Source: Chiloscyllium plagiosum
Lineage: Eukaryota
Direction of reading: 5' to 3'
Assembly: GCF_004010195.1 (NCBI RefSeq)
Contig: NC_057728.1
Location: 54,507,622-54,571,621 of the forward strand
Length of the DNA stretch: 64,000 nt
Shown here piece after piece: positions 47,601-60,649 of this stretch. Position numbers and translations under genes: made by a program. The notes under the pieces were generated by a model. The model was not told the origin of the DNA and searched no databases. It saw only the letters and a list, made by a program, of their open reading frames with translations. Each line of letters starts with the position of its first letter. The first letter of the stretch is position 1.

Positions 47601-48074
47601 AGACAATTACCGTTTAATCAGCCAATTCAGAGGGCAGTTAAGAGACAACCACATTGCTGGGGGTCTAGAGTCACGTGCAGGCCAAACCAGGTGAAGATAG
47701 CAGTTTCCTTCACTAAAGGACATTAGTGTACCATATGGGTTTTAACTACAATTGGCTCCTCTCCCCATGGTCCTTTATCCCTTACTCAAGAGGGCTGGAA
47801 TTGTACATGTTGTATTTAATGTACTGGGCCTTCCCAAAAACAGGAAACGTGGGATGAGAATTGCATCAGTTCCATTAAGTACTGTTCATTCTCTCAGTAT
47901 CCATCTATCAAAGCATTGTTCATAATTTTAAGGAATTTCATTAGATCATTCCTCAGCCTTCACTTTTCAAGAGAAAAATTACCCACCCAGTCAATATGTT
48001 CCTCAGCTGCATATCCCAACAATTCTATCATCCTTCTATTGTTATTTCTAGAAGGTCTGAAAGGCCATGTTAGT

Positions 48075-49010
48075 TTTTTTTATTCATTCATGGGTTGTGA
48101 ACATCACTGGTTAGGCCAGCATTTATTGGCCAGCCCTAACTGCCCTTGAGAAGGTGGCAATGAGCTGCCTTCTTGATTAGCTGTGGGGTCAGGCTTGTGT
48201 AGGTACACCCAAAAAGCTGTTGAGGACCAGGTTCCAGGCTTTTGACCAAGTGACACTGAAGGAACAGCAATATATTTCCAAGTCTGCACATTGATTGGCT
48301 TGGAGGGGAACTTTCAAAGTAGTGATTACTCATATATCTGCTGTCCTTGTCCTTCTGGAATAGAGTGGTCATGGATTTAGAAAGTGCTGACTAAGGAGCC
48401 ATATGGAATTTTGCAACGATTCTTTTAGAGATGATACAGGCTGTGCCACTGAATGTCAATGGTGGAGGGAGTGGATATTTGTGAGTGTAATGCCAATCAA
48501 GTGGTAGCTTTGTTCTGAACAATATGAATCTTCCTAAATGTTGTTGAAGCTACACTCATTCAGACAAGTGGGGAGTATTCTATCACACTTCTGTCTTGTA
48601 CCCAATATATAGGGAACAGTTTTGGGAGTAAGGAATTCCTAACATGTTGTAGGCATTCTTTTGTAGCCACTGTATTTTCATGGCTAGTCCAGTACAGTTT
48701 CTGGCCATTGGTAATCCCAAGGATGTTGATCATGCAGACTTCAGTGGTGGTAACGCCATTGAATGTCAAATATTGAATGTTAGATTCGTCCCTTGTTGGG
48801 AGATGAATATTGTCAGGCATTTGTTTGGCACAAATGTTACTTGCCATTTGTCAGCCCAAACCTGGATATTGTCCAGATCTTGTTGCATTTGAACGTGGAC
48901 TGCTTCAGTACCTGAGGAGTTGCGAATTGTCCTGAACATTGTGCAATCATCGGTGAACGTTATGATAGAAGGATGGTCATGAATGAAGCAACTGAAGATC
49001 GTTGGGTCTT
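48075..49010 (-). mobile_element. CR1/L2-group LINE, RT to 3' tail
   Basis: Reverse of 3215-4010 plus RT core (ttcaccgatgattgcacaatg, FTDDCTM). Confidence 0.85.
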
Positions 49011-50248
49011 ACTTGTGGGAAAATCCCTGAGCATTTGCTAATATTTACAATGCAATCTCTGGGAGTTGTTAATGTTTAATTGGGGTCTCAGGAGTTTTAA
49101 CATTTGGGGGGGGGGGCATGTTAATATTTACAGAGGGAGTTCTCACATCAAACAACTTCTCTTTCCATCAACTCATTTCCTCTAAATAAACAATGTTGCT
49201 TCAGAAACCTGCTTGGCTTTGAGCAATACTTGCTTTCTCATGGGACCACATGAAACATGCCATTCAGAGACCCCCCCCCCCCACACCACACACCTTCCCT
49301 CACATCTTTATCCAGTACATTGTGGACTGTAAATGGCTGAGCAAATCACTCAGATCAAGCGTAACAAATGTTGGCCTTGCAGTGTGTTCACATCCTATAT
49401 AAGAGTATATAAAAAGAAATTGCTCTCAGTTCTGAAAGCATGTATTGCAGTTTCTCTGTTCAGACAATGCAGCTTGCTGTAGTTACACGTACAATATGCT
49501 TTCCCTGTCCCTCAACAAAGATTCCGCATTCCTGCTTTTCATCCTCAGTGTGGTCGATAAGGCCCTCAATCTTGTTCATACCACTTGTTGCATTTCTGTT
49601 TACAGTTCAGGGAAAGAGGGTTCAAGTGAAGTTTGACACAGTGCCACCGTTCCTATCTATTCTCTACAAATGTCTGACTCATACCTCTGTTGTTGGAGCC
49701 TTAACATCACATTATCCTATAAAAGCTTGTGACACAATTGGAGTAATCCTGTCATTTGGGTTACTGAAATGTCTAAAGAGCAGATTGAAATGTAAGCAGC
49801 AATCAATTAGAGTACTTTATTCCTACAATGTAAAGCCATTGATGAGTTTAATTATGTAGTGTGGCAGTAGACCATTTAACAATAGAGAGTTAGCACCCTC
49901 ACATCCCAATGTCCCCTTGCCAAAAGTCCATTCTTTCTAAAACCAGATGTACTGCAGAGAACAGCGTCCCTCTGGATTATGAGCTTTCACCAGGTTTCAG
50001 AAAGCTAATTGTACAAGACTGTGAAGCCCAGAGCAGAACTGTAGTGGCAGAGAAGGAAAAGTTGGACTAAGTTTTTTTATTTTTTATTTTAATTTAATGA
50101 GAATTCATGGTGACAGTATAAACCTTTCACTGTATTTTATATTGAATACTCTTGACAATAAATGATACAATTCAATAATAATACAAGATAGCATACTTTT
50201 CCCCAAAAAACAGTAAAGGTCTCTGATCCACTATCTCTCTGTTTTTTT

Positions 50249-50541
50249 TTAGATTAGATTACTTACAGTGTGGAAACAGGCCCTTCGGCCCAACAAGTCC
50301 ACACTGACCCACTGAAGAGCAATACATCCAGATCCATTCGCCTACATTTACCCCTCCACCTAAAACTACCGGCAATTTAGCATGGCCAATTCACCTAACC
50401 GGCACATTTTTGGACTGTGGGAGGAAACCGGAGCACCCAGAGGAAACCCACGCAGACACGGGGAGAATGTGCAAACTCCACACAGACAGTTGCCTGAGGC
50501 GGGAATTGAACCCCGGTCTCTGACGCTGTGAGGCAGCAGTG
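50249..50541 (-). mobile_element. HE1-type SINE
   Basis: tagattagattacttacagtgtggaaacagg...gctgtgaggcagcagtg. Confidence 0.92.
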
Positions 50542-50708
50542 TTCCTTTAAGATGCTCCTTAAATCCTATCTCTTTGGCCCTTAATGTTTGACGACTTGGC
50601 ATTGATTTTTTTTTTTCATTTTGTGAAGCACTTTGGAATGGTTTACTACATTTGAGGGAGGTCAACTGAGTAGTGTCCCTGTCTCTGAGACAGAAGCTCC
50701 AGGTTGTG

Positions 50709-51138
50709 TGACCAAACAGCTTGAGAATCAGTTAAAGGCAGACAGTAAGTGCAGAAGAGATTCCTGGTCAGCCATGTGACAGAAAGAAAATTGGCTCCTT
50801 GACCAGTACAATCCGTTGTTCAGGCTACACCATGGCAGTAGTGGAGAGATATAGATACTTAGTGCATGGCAACTCAAACTCCCTGAATGAACTGCACTGC
50901 TGCACAAGAGATGCTATAGGAATGACCAAACAGCTTGAGAATCGATTAAAGGCAGACAGTAAGTGCAGAAGAGATTCCTAGTCAGCCATGTGACAGAAAG
51001 AAAATTGGCTCCTTGACCAGTACAATCCATTGTTCAGGCTATACCATGGCAGTAGTGGAGAGATATAGATACTTAGTGCATAGCAACTCAAACTCCCTGA
51101 ATGAACTGCACTGCTGCACAAGAGATGCTATAGGAATG
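50709..51138. repeat. Direct tandem duplication, 214-bp unit
   Basis: tgaccaaacagcttgagaatc at 50709 and 50923. Twin ORFs 50799 and 51013 are offset by 214. Confidence 0.95.
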
Positions 51139-52349
51139 CAAATGTTTGTTGTTGTGAGGCAATCTAGTATAAACCCAATCCCATCCTATCGGCAGAGCCA
51201 CACATGTCATTCTCCGACAGCAGGTGAGTGCAATGTAATCAGGAGGGATTCCTGGCTGATATCCTTTTCCGGATTAGAGTTCTTGATTAAAACATAAATC
51301 GCATAAATGTGTTTACGCTGATGTTAATTCGGATTTTTTTGAAAAGCAATTTCCAGCTGTCAGCTTCAAGCTGTGTGTGAACCAAATAAATTTAATTCAT
51401 TCTATAAATCGTAAAGAGGTTGGTTTAAATGTTGGGCTCTTTCTGAAACATTCAGTCATGCAATACTTGAGGGCACTGCACCATTCACCATGTACTGAGT
51501 GAAGCAGTCCAGTCACATTCAGCCTAAAGTGTGGATTCAGGCTGATTGGGTCTCCATTATATAAGTTTTAATTCACTGACAAATTACTTGCCTAAGAGTA
51601 CATCCAAAATTCAACAGGGAAAGGCTCGAAACAAGGCCATCCCACTACAGTGTACTGAGGGACTGAAATACTCTAGCCAGTATCCACCAGAGAATTTCAA
51701 CATGAAGTGAAAATATATACTGCAAATAAAACATGCAGTTGTATACGCAGTGAGTCATTTAAGGAGCTACATGCATCTTTAAAAGGGATTGAACCATTTG
51801 CATTTTGTGTAACAATTTCAACTATTGAGCAGTGTACTTTTATACAATTTATAAATAGAGTGAAATTCTGATATAATTCAGATATCGAGATTGAAGTGAG
51901 GTTGTGTTATAGCTGGATGATCAAACCCTGCAGTGTATTGCATATTTTTCAGGCAAAAATACTTCCTGACTCTCTTAATTTCAGCGCCTTCTTCCTGTTC
52001 CAGTATACTTTATTCAATGCGTGCCTTTTTAAAACAAAAATCAGGGAGCTATGAGGGACCGAAGTGAAATTAGAAAATGTCTTTTCAGCAGGAGAAAGCG
52101 ATTCCTAATTGCTGTGTTGAGCTGAGCTTGCCAGCCTGCTAGTCAGGTGAGTACGAATGGTGTTAGCTTCACAGCTCCCTGTGTCTGCACTGATTGTCTG
52201 TCACAACTGCAGCAGGCAGATTCCTGGGAACCCTGCAGAAACCGAACAACATCATTTATACACAAGCGGTTCTCTCGGGATCTGCACATCTTCCATCAAA
52301 GCTTAGTAGACAATCGGGAGAAACTAGTTAAGCAGCCATTTAAAACTAG

Positions 52350-52533
52350 TCATGATTCGGAGATGCTGGTGTTGGACTGGGGTGTACAAAGTTAAAAATC
52401 ACACAACACCAGGTTATAGTCCAACAGGTTTAATTGGAAGCACTAGCTTCCTGACGAAGGAGTGACGCTCTGAAAGCTAGTGTGCTTCCAATTAAACCTG
52501 TTGGACTATAACCTGGTGTTGTGTGAGTTTTAA
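52350..52533. mobile_element. Fold-back PLE-derived element with hammerhead-like loop
   Basis: 12-bp TSD atttaaaactag (52338-52349 / 52534-52545). About 55-bp inverted arms. Loop ctgacgaaggagtgacgctctgaaagcta. Confidence 0.9.
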
Positions 52534-52603
52534 ATTTAAAACTAGGGCTGACTATTCTAACTACAGAAATGCACAATTACAATATTCATAGGTAATTCAG
52601 ATA

Positions 52604-52898
52604 ATCATAGAATCCCTACAGTGTGGACGTAGTCCATTCGACCCATTGAGTGTACACCAAGAGCACCCCGCCCAAATCAATTCCCCTGCCCAATAAGCCT
52701 GCATTTCCCATGGTTAATCCACCTAAACTTTATATCCCTGGACACAATGGGCAATTTCGTATTGCAAATCCATCTAACCTGCACATCTTCGAAACCAGAA
52801 GAAACATATACAGACACAGGGAAAATGTGCGAACTCCACATAGTCACCAATCCTTGGTGCTGTGAAGTAGCAGTACTAACCACTGAGCCATTGCGCCA
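52604..52898 (-). mobile_element. HE1-type SINE, degenerate
   Basis: tcatagaatccctacagtgtgg...gtactaaccactgagcc. Confidence 0.8.
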
Positions 52899-53759
52899 TA
52901 ACAGACAAATACATAATAGAGATGAGCTTGCTATTATTAATACAAGTACCTATGCTATATGCATGGTATCAATGCATATTATATCCAATTTCCACTGTGT
53001 GTTTTTGTATACCCAGCTGATGGTATTTGTGGACAAGTCAGGTCCCAGAATGAAACCTGGCTTGACAGATCATACATTCATTTTCTTAATTAGTTAACGT
53101 GGTGGTTAGTCACTGATACATATTCACATAATATTCTTTAACAATAGGTCATGTGTTTATTGCACTAAAGCTGAAAATAACAAGCCATTAGATGCAGAAG
53201 ACAGTTTAGACAGATGTTAACACAAACAACAAAATAAAGTTTCAACCTATTTCCTAACACTACCTGGTTTGGAGTCTCAAGTCCAAAGAAATTATATTCC
53301 TATGCAAACACTTTCTACTTTACTGACTCCTTCCAGTTTCTTTCCAATGGAAGGCGGAGAAAATTTTATGTTTCATTTCCAAGACTGTAGGCATGAACCT
53401 TTCACAGTTCCAAGTGCAGAAACTTACTCAGTTCTAACAACTTCGAGTCTTCCATACAAGCCCGCTTGGCTTGGAAACTTTCCAGACAAGAAAACTCTTC
53501 TGCTTTTTTTAATTCACAAAGAGCAATTTAATAAATGAGCAGTATTTTACAGACATCTTGGTTAAGGAATTAATTTTGATCAGGAGGATTCCAATTTTGT
53601 TCTTCAAAATAGTTCAATGAGATTGTTTACATCCAACTGGGAGGCCTGACAAAGTTTTAAAGTTTGGCAATGCATCTGAAAGTTAGCAGCATCTCCTTGA
53701 TACTATAGTAGCAATGTGAGACTGAATTTCACATTAAAATCTCCACAGTCACCACACAG

Positions 53760-55180
53760 AAAGTCATATAGCACGGAAACGGACCCTTTTGTCCAACTCA
53801 TCGGCATTGACCAGACATCCCAATCTGACCTAGTCTCATTTGTCAGCATTTGGACTCTGTCCTTCGAAATCCTTCCTAAGTGTACACCCATCCAGATACC
53901 CTTTAAATGTTGTAATTATACCCGCCATCACCACTTCCTCTGGCAGCTCATTCCATACACGTACCACCCTCTGTGTGAAAAGTTATCCCTCAGGCCCTTT
54001 TTAAACCTTCCCCCTCTCACCCTAAATCTACGTCCTCTTGTTTTGAACTCTCCCCCACCCCAAGAAAAAGACCTCGGCTATTCATTCTATCCATGTCCCT
54101 CATGATTTTATAAGCCTCAATAAGGTCACCCCTCAGCCCCCAGTGCTGCAGGGAATAAAGCCCCAGCCTATTCAGCCTGTCCCCACAACTCCAACCCAAC
54201 GTCCTTGTAAATATTTTCTTCACCCTCTCAAATTTAGCAATATCCTTCCTATAGAAGGGCAACCTGAATTATATGCAGTATTCTAAAAGTAGCCTCACCA
54301 ATGTCCTGTACAGCTGCAACACAACATTCCACCTTATATACTCAACGTTCTGACCAATGAAGGCAAGCATGTTCTTCACCACTTGCGCACCCCTGTCTCC
54401 ACTTTCAATGAACTATGCACCTGCATCTCTAGGTCTCTTTGTTTGACAACACTTCTCTGGCACCTCACCTGTGGATGTCAATGATACAAATAGAATGCCT
54501 GCAGTGTGGAAACAGGCCCTTCGGCCCAACAAATCCACACCGAACCTCTGGACTGTATCACACCCAAACCTGTTCCCCTACCCTATTACTCTACATTTAC
54601 CCCCAACTAATGCACCTAACCTGCACATCCCTGAACACTATGGGCAATTTAGAATGGCCAATTCACCTAACCTGCACATCTTTAGATTGCGAGAGGAAAT
54701 CAGAGCACGAAGAGGAAACCCATGCAGACATGGGGAGAATGTGCAAATTCCACACAGACAGTTTCCCAAATCAAACCCAGGTCCGTGGTGCTGTGAGGCA
54801 GGAGTGCTAACCACTGAGTCACTGTGCCGCCCCTAAGTATCTTAGCAATGGGCCCGGCAATCTCTTCCCTAGCTTTCCACAAAGCTCTGAGGTACACCTG
54901 CTTAGGTCCCAGGGATTTTATCTACCTTAATGCGTTTTAAGACCTCCAGCACCTCCTCTTCTGTAATATGAAATCTTTTCAAGATCTCACTATTGATTTC
55001 TCCAAGTTCCTTAGCTTCTGTGTCCTTCTCCATAGTAAATGCTGATGCAAAATATTTGTTTAGTATCTGACTATCTCCTGTGGTTCCACACATTGATCTT
55101 AAGGAGCCCTATTCTCTCCCTAATTACCCTTTTTCCTTTAATGTATTTACAGAACCTCTTTGGATTCTTTGTAACTCTTA
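53760..55180 (-). mobile_element. CR1 LINE fragments split by an HE1 SINE
   Basis: ORF 54017-54262 (LRGDLIEAYKIMR) and 54902-55093 (LNKYFASAFT..ITEEEVLEVL). Confidence 0.85.
54491..54833 (-). mobile_element. HE1-type SINE
   Basis: cagtgtggaaacaggcccttcggcccaac...gtgctaaccactgagtcactgtgccgccc. Confidence 0.9.
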
Positions 55181-55369
55181 TTTGCAGCACATACAGTACT
55201 ACACACAAAACCTTTCCATAGCTCACCCCTTCCTATCTCCATAATGTCCAATAGCACCACAACCCTCTTGCAACCTCACCAGACCATCCTGTTCCTTTGG
55301 CTATGGGATTGGTGAACCCACTTACCTCATTTATTTCCAACATGCAGAGCAGTGTCTTCAATAGTATAA

Positions 55370-58300
55370 AAAGAAAGGAAGTACCGGAGAGTTTCAGCAA
55401 ATCTGGCAATGAGTGCAGAGAGAGAAAAATAATTAACATTTTGAGACTGGTCTGACTTCTTTGGAACTGAAGGGGATTGGAAAATGATGCTGTTGACAAA
55501 GGGAGAGACAGAGTGTGTAGAACAGATGGTGTGGATGCCCAGAGTAAAAAACAAAGAGAATGCTAATGGTGAAGCAGAAGAGGGAGAGGGAGGAAATTAG
55601 AAATTGGAGACCAATCTCACTGTTAAACACAGACTACAAAATCTTGTCAAAGGTCATCGCCAACCGGATCAGGTCTGCTCTGGGATCGGTGATTCACCCT
55701 GACCAAACCTGTGCTGTACCGGGCAGGAAGGTCGCTGAGAGTCTCGCACTCCTCAGAGATACGATTGCCTACGTGCAGGACAGGGGGGTGGAGACCTGCC
55801 TCATCAGCCTGGACCAGGAGAAAGCCTTTGACAGGATATCGCATACATATATGAGGGATGTCCTCTCCAAAATGGGCTATAGGGAGGGAATCAGTTATTG
55901 GATCAGACTGCTCTACACCAACATTGTCAGTACAGTCTCAATCAATGGGTGGGAATCAGATAGCTTCCCAGTCAGATCTGGAGTCAGGCAGGGCTGCCCT
56001 CTCTCTCCTGCCTTGTTTGTGTGCTGCATAGAGCCATTTGCCGAGTCCATCAGGAAGGATGCGAGCCTGAGAGGGGTGACTATTCCTGGCAGCGGGGGCC
56101 TGCAGGTTAAGGCCTCCCTGTACATGGATGACGTCGCCGTTTTCTGCTCGGATCTGTCCATGCACAGACTCATGCGCATCTGTGACCAGTTCGAACGGGC
56201 CTCAGGGGCCAAGGTAAACTGAGGCAAGAGCGAAGCCATGCTCTTCGGGAACTGGGCCAACCAATCCTCTAACCCCTTCACCGTCAGGACTGACCACCTG
56301 AAGGTGCTGGGTATTTGGTTCGGGGGGGCTGGGGCGTGCGCAAGACCTGGGAGGAGCGGATCAGGAAGGTGAGACAGAAACTAGGCAGATGGGAGCAACG
56401 GTCGCTCTCCATCGTAGGAAAAAACCTGGTCATCAGGTGTGAGGTACTCTCAGTATTGTTATACGTGGCACAGGTCTGGCCTATCCCCAGAACCTGTGCT
56501 GCCGCAGTCACCCGGGCCATCTTCCACTTCGTGTGGAGATCAAAGATGGACCTGGTTCGAAGAGACATAATGTACAAAGACCGGTGCAATGGGGAAAAAA
56601 ACACGCCCAATGCCCCCCTCACCCTGATGGCCACCTTTGTGTGTGGCTGCATCAAGCTGTGCGTGGATCCCCGTTACGCAAACACCAAGTGTCACTACTT
56701 ACTGAGATTCTACCTGTCCCCGGTGTTGTGAAGGATGGGCCTGGCCTCGCTGCCGCAGAACGCTCCGAGTAGTTGGACCGTTCCGTACCACCTGTACTTC
56801 ATGGAGAAATTTATGAAGAAAAATACCTTTGACTACAAGTCCATCAGGAAGTGGTCAGCACGTAGTGTCCTTGAGACCCTTCGGGAAAAGGAGAGGGCGG
56901 ATCCTATCGAGCGGTTCCCTGGGCAGACTGTCAAAGCCATTTGGCAGAATGCCTCATCGCCAGAACTTTCCAACAAGCACCAAGACATGGCTTGACTGGT
57001 GGTGAGAAGAGTTCTGCCTGTGAGATCCTTTATGCACGCCCGAACTCTCAGCCGCACCGCACGCTGCCCTCGAAGCGGCTGCGGGGGGGACGAGACTGTC
57101 ACACACCTCCTTCTGGAATCTGCCTACGCAGAAGAAGTCTGGAGAGGAATGCAGTGGCGTTTGTCGAGNNNNNNNNNNNNNNNNNNNNNNNNNNNNNNNN
57201 NNNNNNNNNNNNNNNNNNNNNNNNNNNNNNNNNNNNNNNNNNNNNNNNNNNNNNNNNNNNNNNNNNNNNNNNNNNNNNNNNNNNNNNNNNNNNNNNNNNN
57301 NNNNNNNNNNNNNNNNNNNNNNNNNNNNNNNNNNNNNNNNNNNNNNNNNNNNNNNNNNNNNNNNNNNNNNNCCTCACCCTGATGGTCACCTTTGTGTGTG
57401 GCTGCATCAAGCTGTGCGTGGATCCCCGGTACGCAAACACCAGGTGTCACTACGTACTGAGGTTCTACCTGTCCCCGGTGTTGCGAAGGATGGGCCTGGC
57501 CTCGCTGCCGCGGAACGCTCCGAGTAGTTGGACCGTTCCGTACCACCTGTCCTTCTGGAGAAATTTATGAAGAAAAACACCTTTGACCACAAGTCCATCA
57601 GGAAGTGGTCAGTACGTAGTGTCCTTGAGACCCTTCGGGAAAAGGAGAGGGCGGATCCTGTCGAGCGGTTCCCTGAGCAGACTGTCAAAGCCATTTGGCA
57701 GAATGTGTCATCGCCAGAACTTTCCAACAAGCACCAAGACATGGCTTGGCTGGTGGTGAGAAGGGCTCTGCCTGTGAGATCCTTTATGCACGCCCGGACT
57801 CTCAGCCGCACCGCACGCTGCCCTCGAAGCAGCTGCGGGGGGATGAGACTGTCACACACCTCCTTCTGGAATGTGCCTATGCAGAGGAAGTCTGGAGAGG
57901 AATGCAGTGGTGTTTGTCGAGGTTCGTCCCGAGCAGCGACGTGACGCGGGTCTCCGTGCTCTACAGCCTGTTCCCCGGGACGCACACCGAGACGAACATC
58001 AACTGCGCCTGGAGGATCATCAACTCGGTGAAGGAAGCTCTCTGAGCGGTCCAAAACCTGTTGATCTTCCAGCTGAAGGAGTTGACCCCGACTGAGTGTT
58101 GCAGACTGGCACATTCCAAGGTCCAGGAGTACGTGTTTGAGGGACGCGCTGAAGCTTGGGGCAGCAGCCGCCAAGGCGTGGTGGGGAAAGACCACCGTGT
58201 AACATCTGCCTGCCTAAGAAGAACAGAGGGCCCACACAGTCATTTGGACTCTGCTGGTGCCTCAGCTCAATGTAATCGCACCAACCTGTAAATAGGAATG

Positions 58301-58720
58301 ATTACTCTGTTTCGATACACAAAGAAATGGAATGTTTACAGATGTATGGCATGTCCAGTTGTATAGATCAAAGTATTTATGAATAAAGTATATTTTTGAA
58401 ATAAAAAAAAAATGGTGATAGTGGAGAAATAGAGATGCAAACTAAGTGTTAACGATAAGTCTGAACAGTCAAAAAATAGGTTGGATCTTGTGAGAGCAAT
58501 CCTTTGGAAACAAGACACTGTTGGGGACTGGGGTCAATGATGGAGAAGGAGATATAATCAAAATAGAGGACAGATGTCACGCAATGATGAGCCTTAATGC
58601 TGTAAAGTGACTCAGTGGAAACTGAGGTGCTTTTCTTTCAGTTTGTGTTGTGCTTCGGTGGAACACTGAGGCTGGTCTCGGTTGGAAGTGTTGTCATTGG
58701 AGCAAGATCGTTGCCTTGAC
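55370..58720 (-). mobile_element. Old PLE-related remnant split by the Tx1 element (55370-55572 and 58411-58720)
   Basis: tcagcaaatctggca..agagagaaa..ttaacattt terminus. gaaactgaggtgcttttctttcagtttg is the reverse of a KL.E.HL.F GIY-YIG tail. Confidence 0.45.
55573..58410 (+). mobile_element. Tx1/L1-clade LINE, 5'-truncated, ORF2 pseudogene
   Basis: NWRPISLLNTDYKIL, SLDQEKAFDRISH, GVRQGCPLSP, YMDD, C-terminal CPRSGCGGDETVTHLL. aataaa plus poly(A). TSD aatggtga (55565-55572 / 58411-58418). In-frame stops. Confidence 0.92.
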
Positions 58721-58845
58721 CAGGAAGTCCGGAACCAGGGATCAGAGTCTAAGGTTACAATATAGGCCATTCACAATCAAGATAAGGAGTTATTTTTCAC
58801 CCCCAGAAAGTGGTTGAGGCCAAAACATTGAATGATCTCAAAAAA

Positions 58846-59356
58846 GAACAAAATAGAAGTACAGGAATAGCTCCTTTGGCCCTTCATCCTGTATTAACTA
58901 AAGTAAAAAAAAAACCTTCTACCCTTATTCAGTCCATATCCCTCTATTCCCTCCCTATTCATGTAACCATCCAGATGCCTCTTAAATGTCCCCAACATGC
59001 CTGCTTCCATGATCTCTTCTGACAGTGCATTCCAGACTCCTACCCCTCTCTGCATGAAAATCTTCCCTTGCACACCTCCCTCAAACTTTCCCCCACTCAG
59101 CTTGAACCTGTGCCCCCTTGTAATTGAAGCTTCAATCCTGGGAAAAAGCCTCTGACTATCAACCCTATCAATGCCTCTCATAATTTTGTAGACCTCTATT
59201 AGGTCTCCTCTAACCCTCAGTCATTCCAGTGAAAACAATCCTAGTCTTTGTTAACCTTTCCTCATAGCCAATGCCTTCAAAACCAGGCAACATCCTGGTG
59301 AAACTTCTCTGCACTCTGTCCAAAGCTTCCATATCCTTCTGATAGTGTGGCAACCA
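58846..59356 (-). mobile_element. CR1 3' end nested in an older plus-strand CR1 tail
   Basis: ORF 58894-59181 (RGHRFKL..VWNAL..FKRHLDGYM). Confidence 0.85.
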
Positions 59357-59514
59357 TCAAGATATAATTCTTAGGACTAAAGAGGTCAAAGGGTGTGGGG
59401 AGAAAGTGGCAAGAGAGGACTGACTTGGATGATCAGCCATGGTCATATTGAATGGCAGAGTCTGGCCAAATGGCCTACTCCTGCTCCTATTTTCTTTGTT
59501 TCTATGAACCTCTT

Positions 59515-59697
59515 ATCAACCCAAGGAAACCTAAACACATAAATAGAAAGTGGGCCATGCCACCAGTGCTTCATTCGGAGGCACACTGAAGGTGTTACCT
59601 AGTATGGTGACGAAACATCTGAAAATGAACCTTCCAGCTTAGCGAACAAACCTACATCCAGAACCTCGACCTGAGCTACAAATCTTCTCAAGACTCG
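59515..59697 (+). mobile_element. PLE terminal fragment with mutated hammerhead
   Basis: 13-bp TSD ctatgaacctctt (59502-59514 / 59698-59710). ctgaaggtgttacctagtatggtgacgaaacatc. Same family as 4702. Confidence 0.88.
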
Positions 59698-60069
59698 CTA
59701 TGAACCTCTTCTCTTAGAAAGTAGTGACTCTGCAGAATTCTTTACCACAGAGGACAGTTGAGGGTGAGTCGGAATGTGCATTCAAGTCAGAGATAGATTT
59801 TTAATCTGTAAGAGGATCAGCGATTATGGGGATAGTCAAGAAAGTGGAGTTGAGGATTATTAAATCAGCCATGAAAATCATTGAAAGGCTGAGTGGATTC
59901 AATGGGCCAAATGGCCTACTTCTACTCCTATGTCTAATGGTCCTGTGGTCGACATGGATGTACACACCTTCAGGTTGTAAACAGCAGAGAACATTTGACT
60001 CATAATAGGCTGGAGGTGTACATTGTAAATATAGCATGCTTGTATAGTGGGCTGCACTGGGGAAAAATA

Positions 60070-60373
60070 TGGGTGGCACTGTGGCTCAGTGGTTAGCACT
60101 CACAGCACCAGAGAACTGGGTTTGATCCCAGCCTTGGGTGACTGAATGTATGCACATTCTCCCCATGTCTGCGTGGGTTTCCTCCAGGTGCTCTGGTTTC
60201 CTCTCACAGGCCAAAACATATGCAGGTCAGGTGAATTGGCCATGCTAAATTGCCCATAGCATTAGGTACATTAGTCAGAGGGAAATGGGTCTAGGTGGGT
60301 TACTCTTCAGAGGGTCGGTGTGGACTGGTTGGGCTGAAGGGCCTGTTTCCACACTGTAGGGAATCTAATCTAA
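60070..60373 (+). mobile_element. HE1-type SINE, full length
   Basis: gggtggcactgtggctcagtggttagcac...ccacactgtagggaatctaatctaa. Confidence 0.92.
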
Positions 60374-60439
60374 TTATGTAATTCAAATTGAATTTAGTAA
60401 ATTTGACAATTAAAATGTATTTTTAGAGAGACTCCCAAG

Positions 60440-60625
60440 AGTATGGAATGAGCTACCAGAGGAAGTGGCAGTACAATTGTAATATTTAAAAAGCATCTGG
60501 ATGGGTATATGAATAGGATGGGTTTAGAGGGATATGGTAATGGGACTAGATTAGGTTATAATATCTGGTCGGCATGGGCGAGTTTACCGAAGGGTCTGTT
60601 TCTGTGATGTACATCTTTATGACTC
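60440..60625 (+). mobile_element. CR1 3' tail
   Basis: gtatggaatgagctaccagaggaag...accgaagggtctgtttctgtg. Confidence 0.8.
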
Positions 60626-60649
60626 AATATATAGATGCCTTTTTTAAAA

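Noticed and set aside
55560..56222. 220-aa Tx1 RT ORF as functional
   Set aside because: Followed by in-frame stops and frameshifts, and the element is 5'-truncated.
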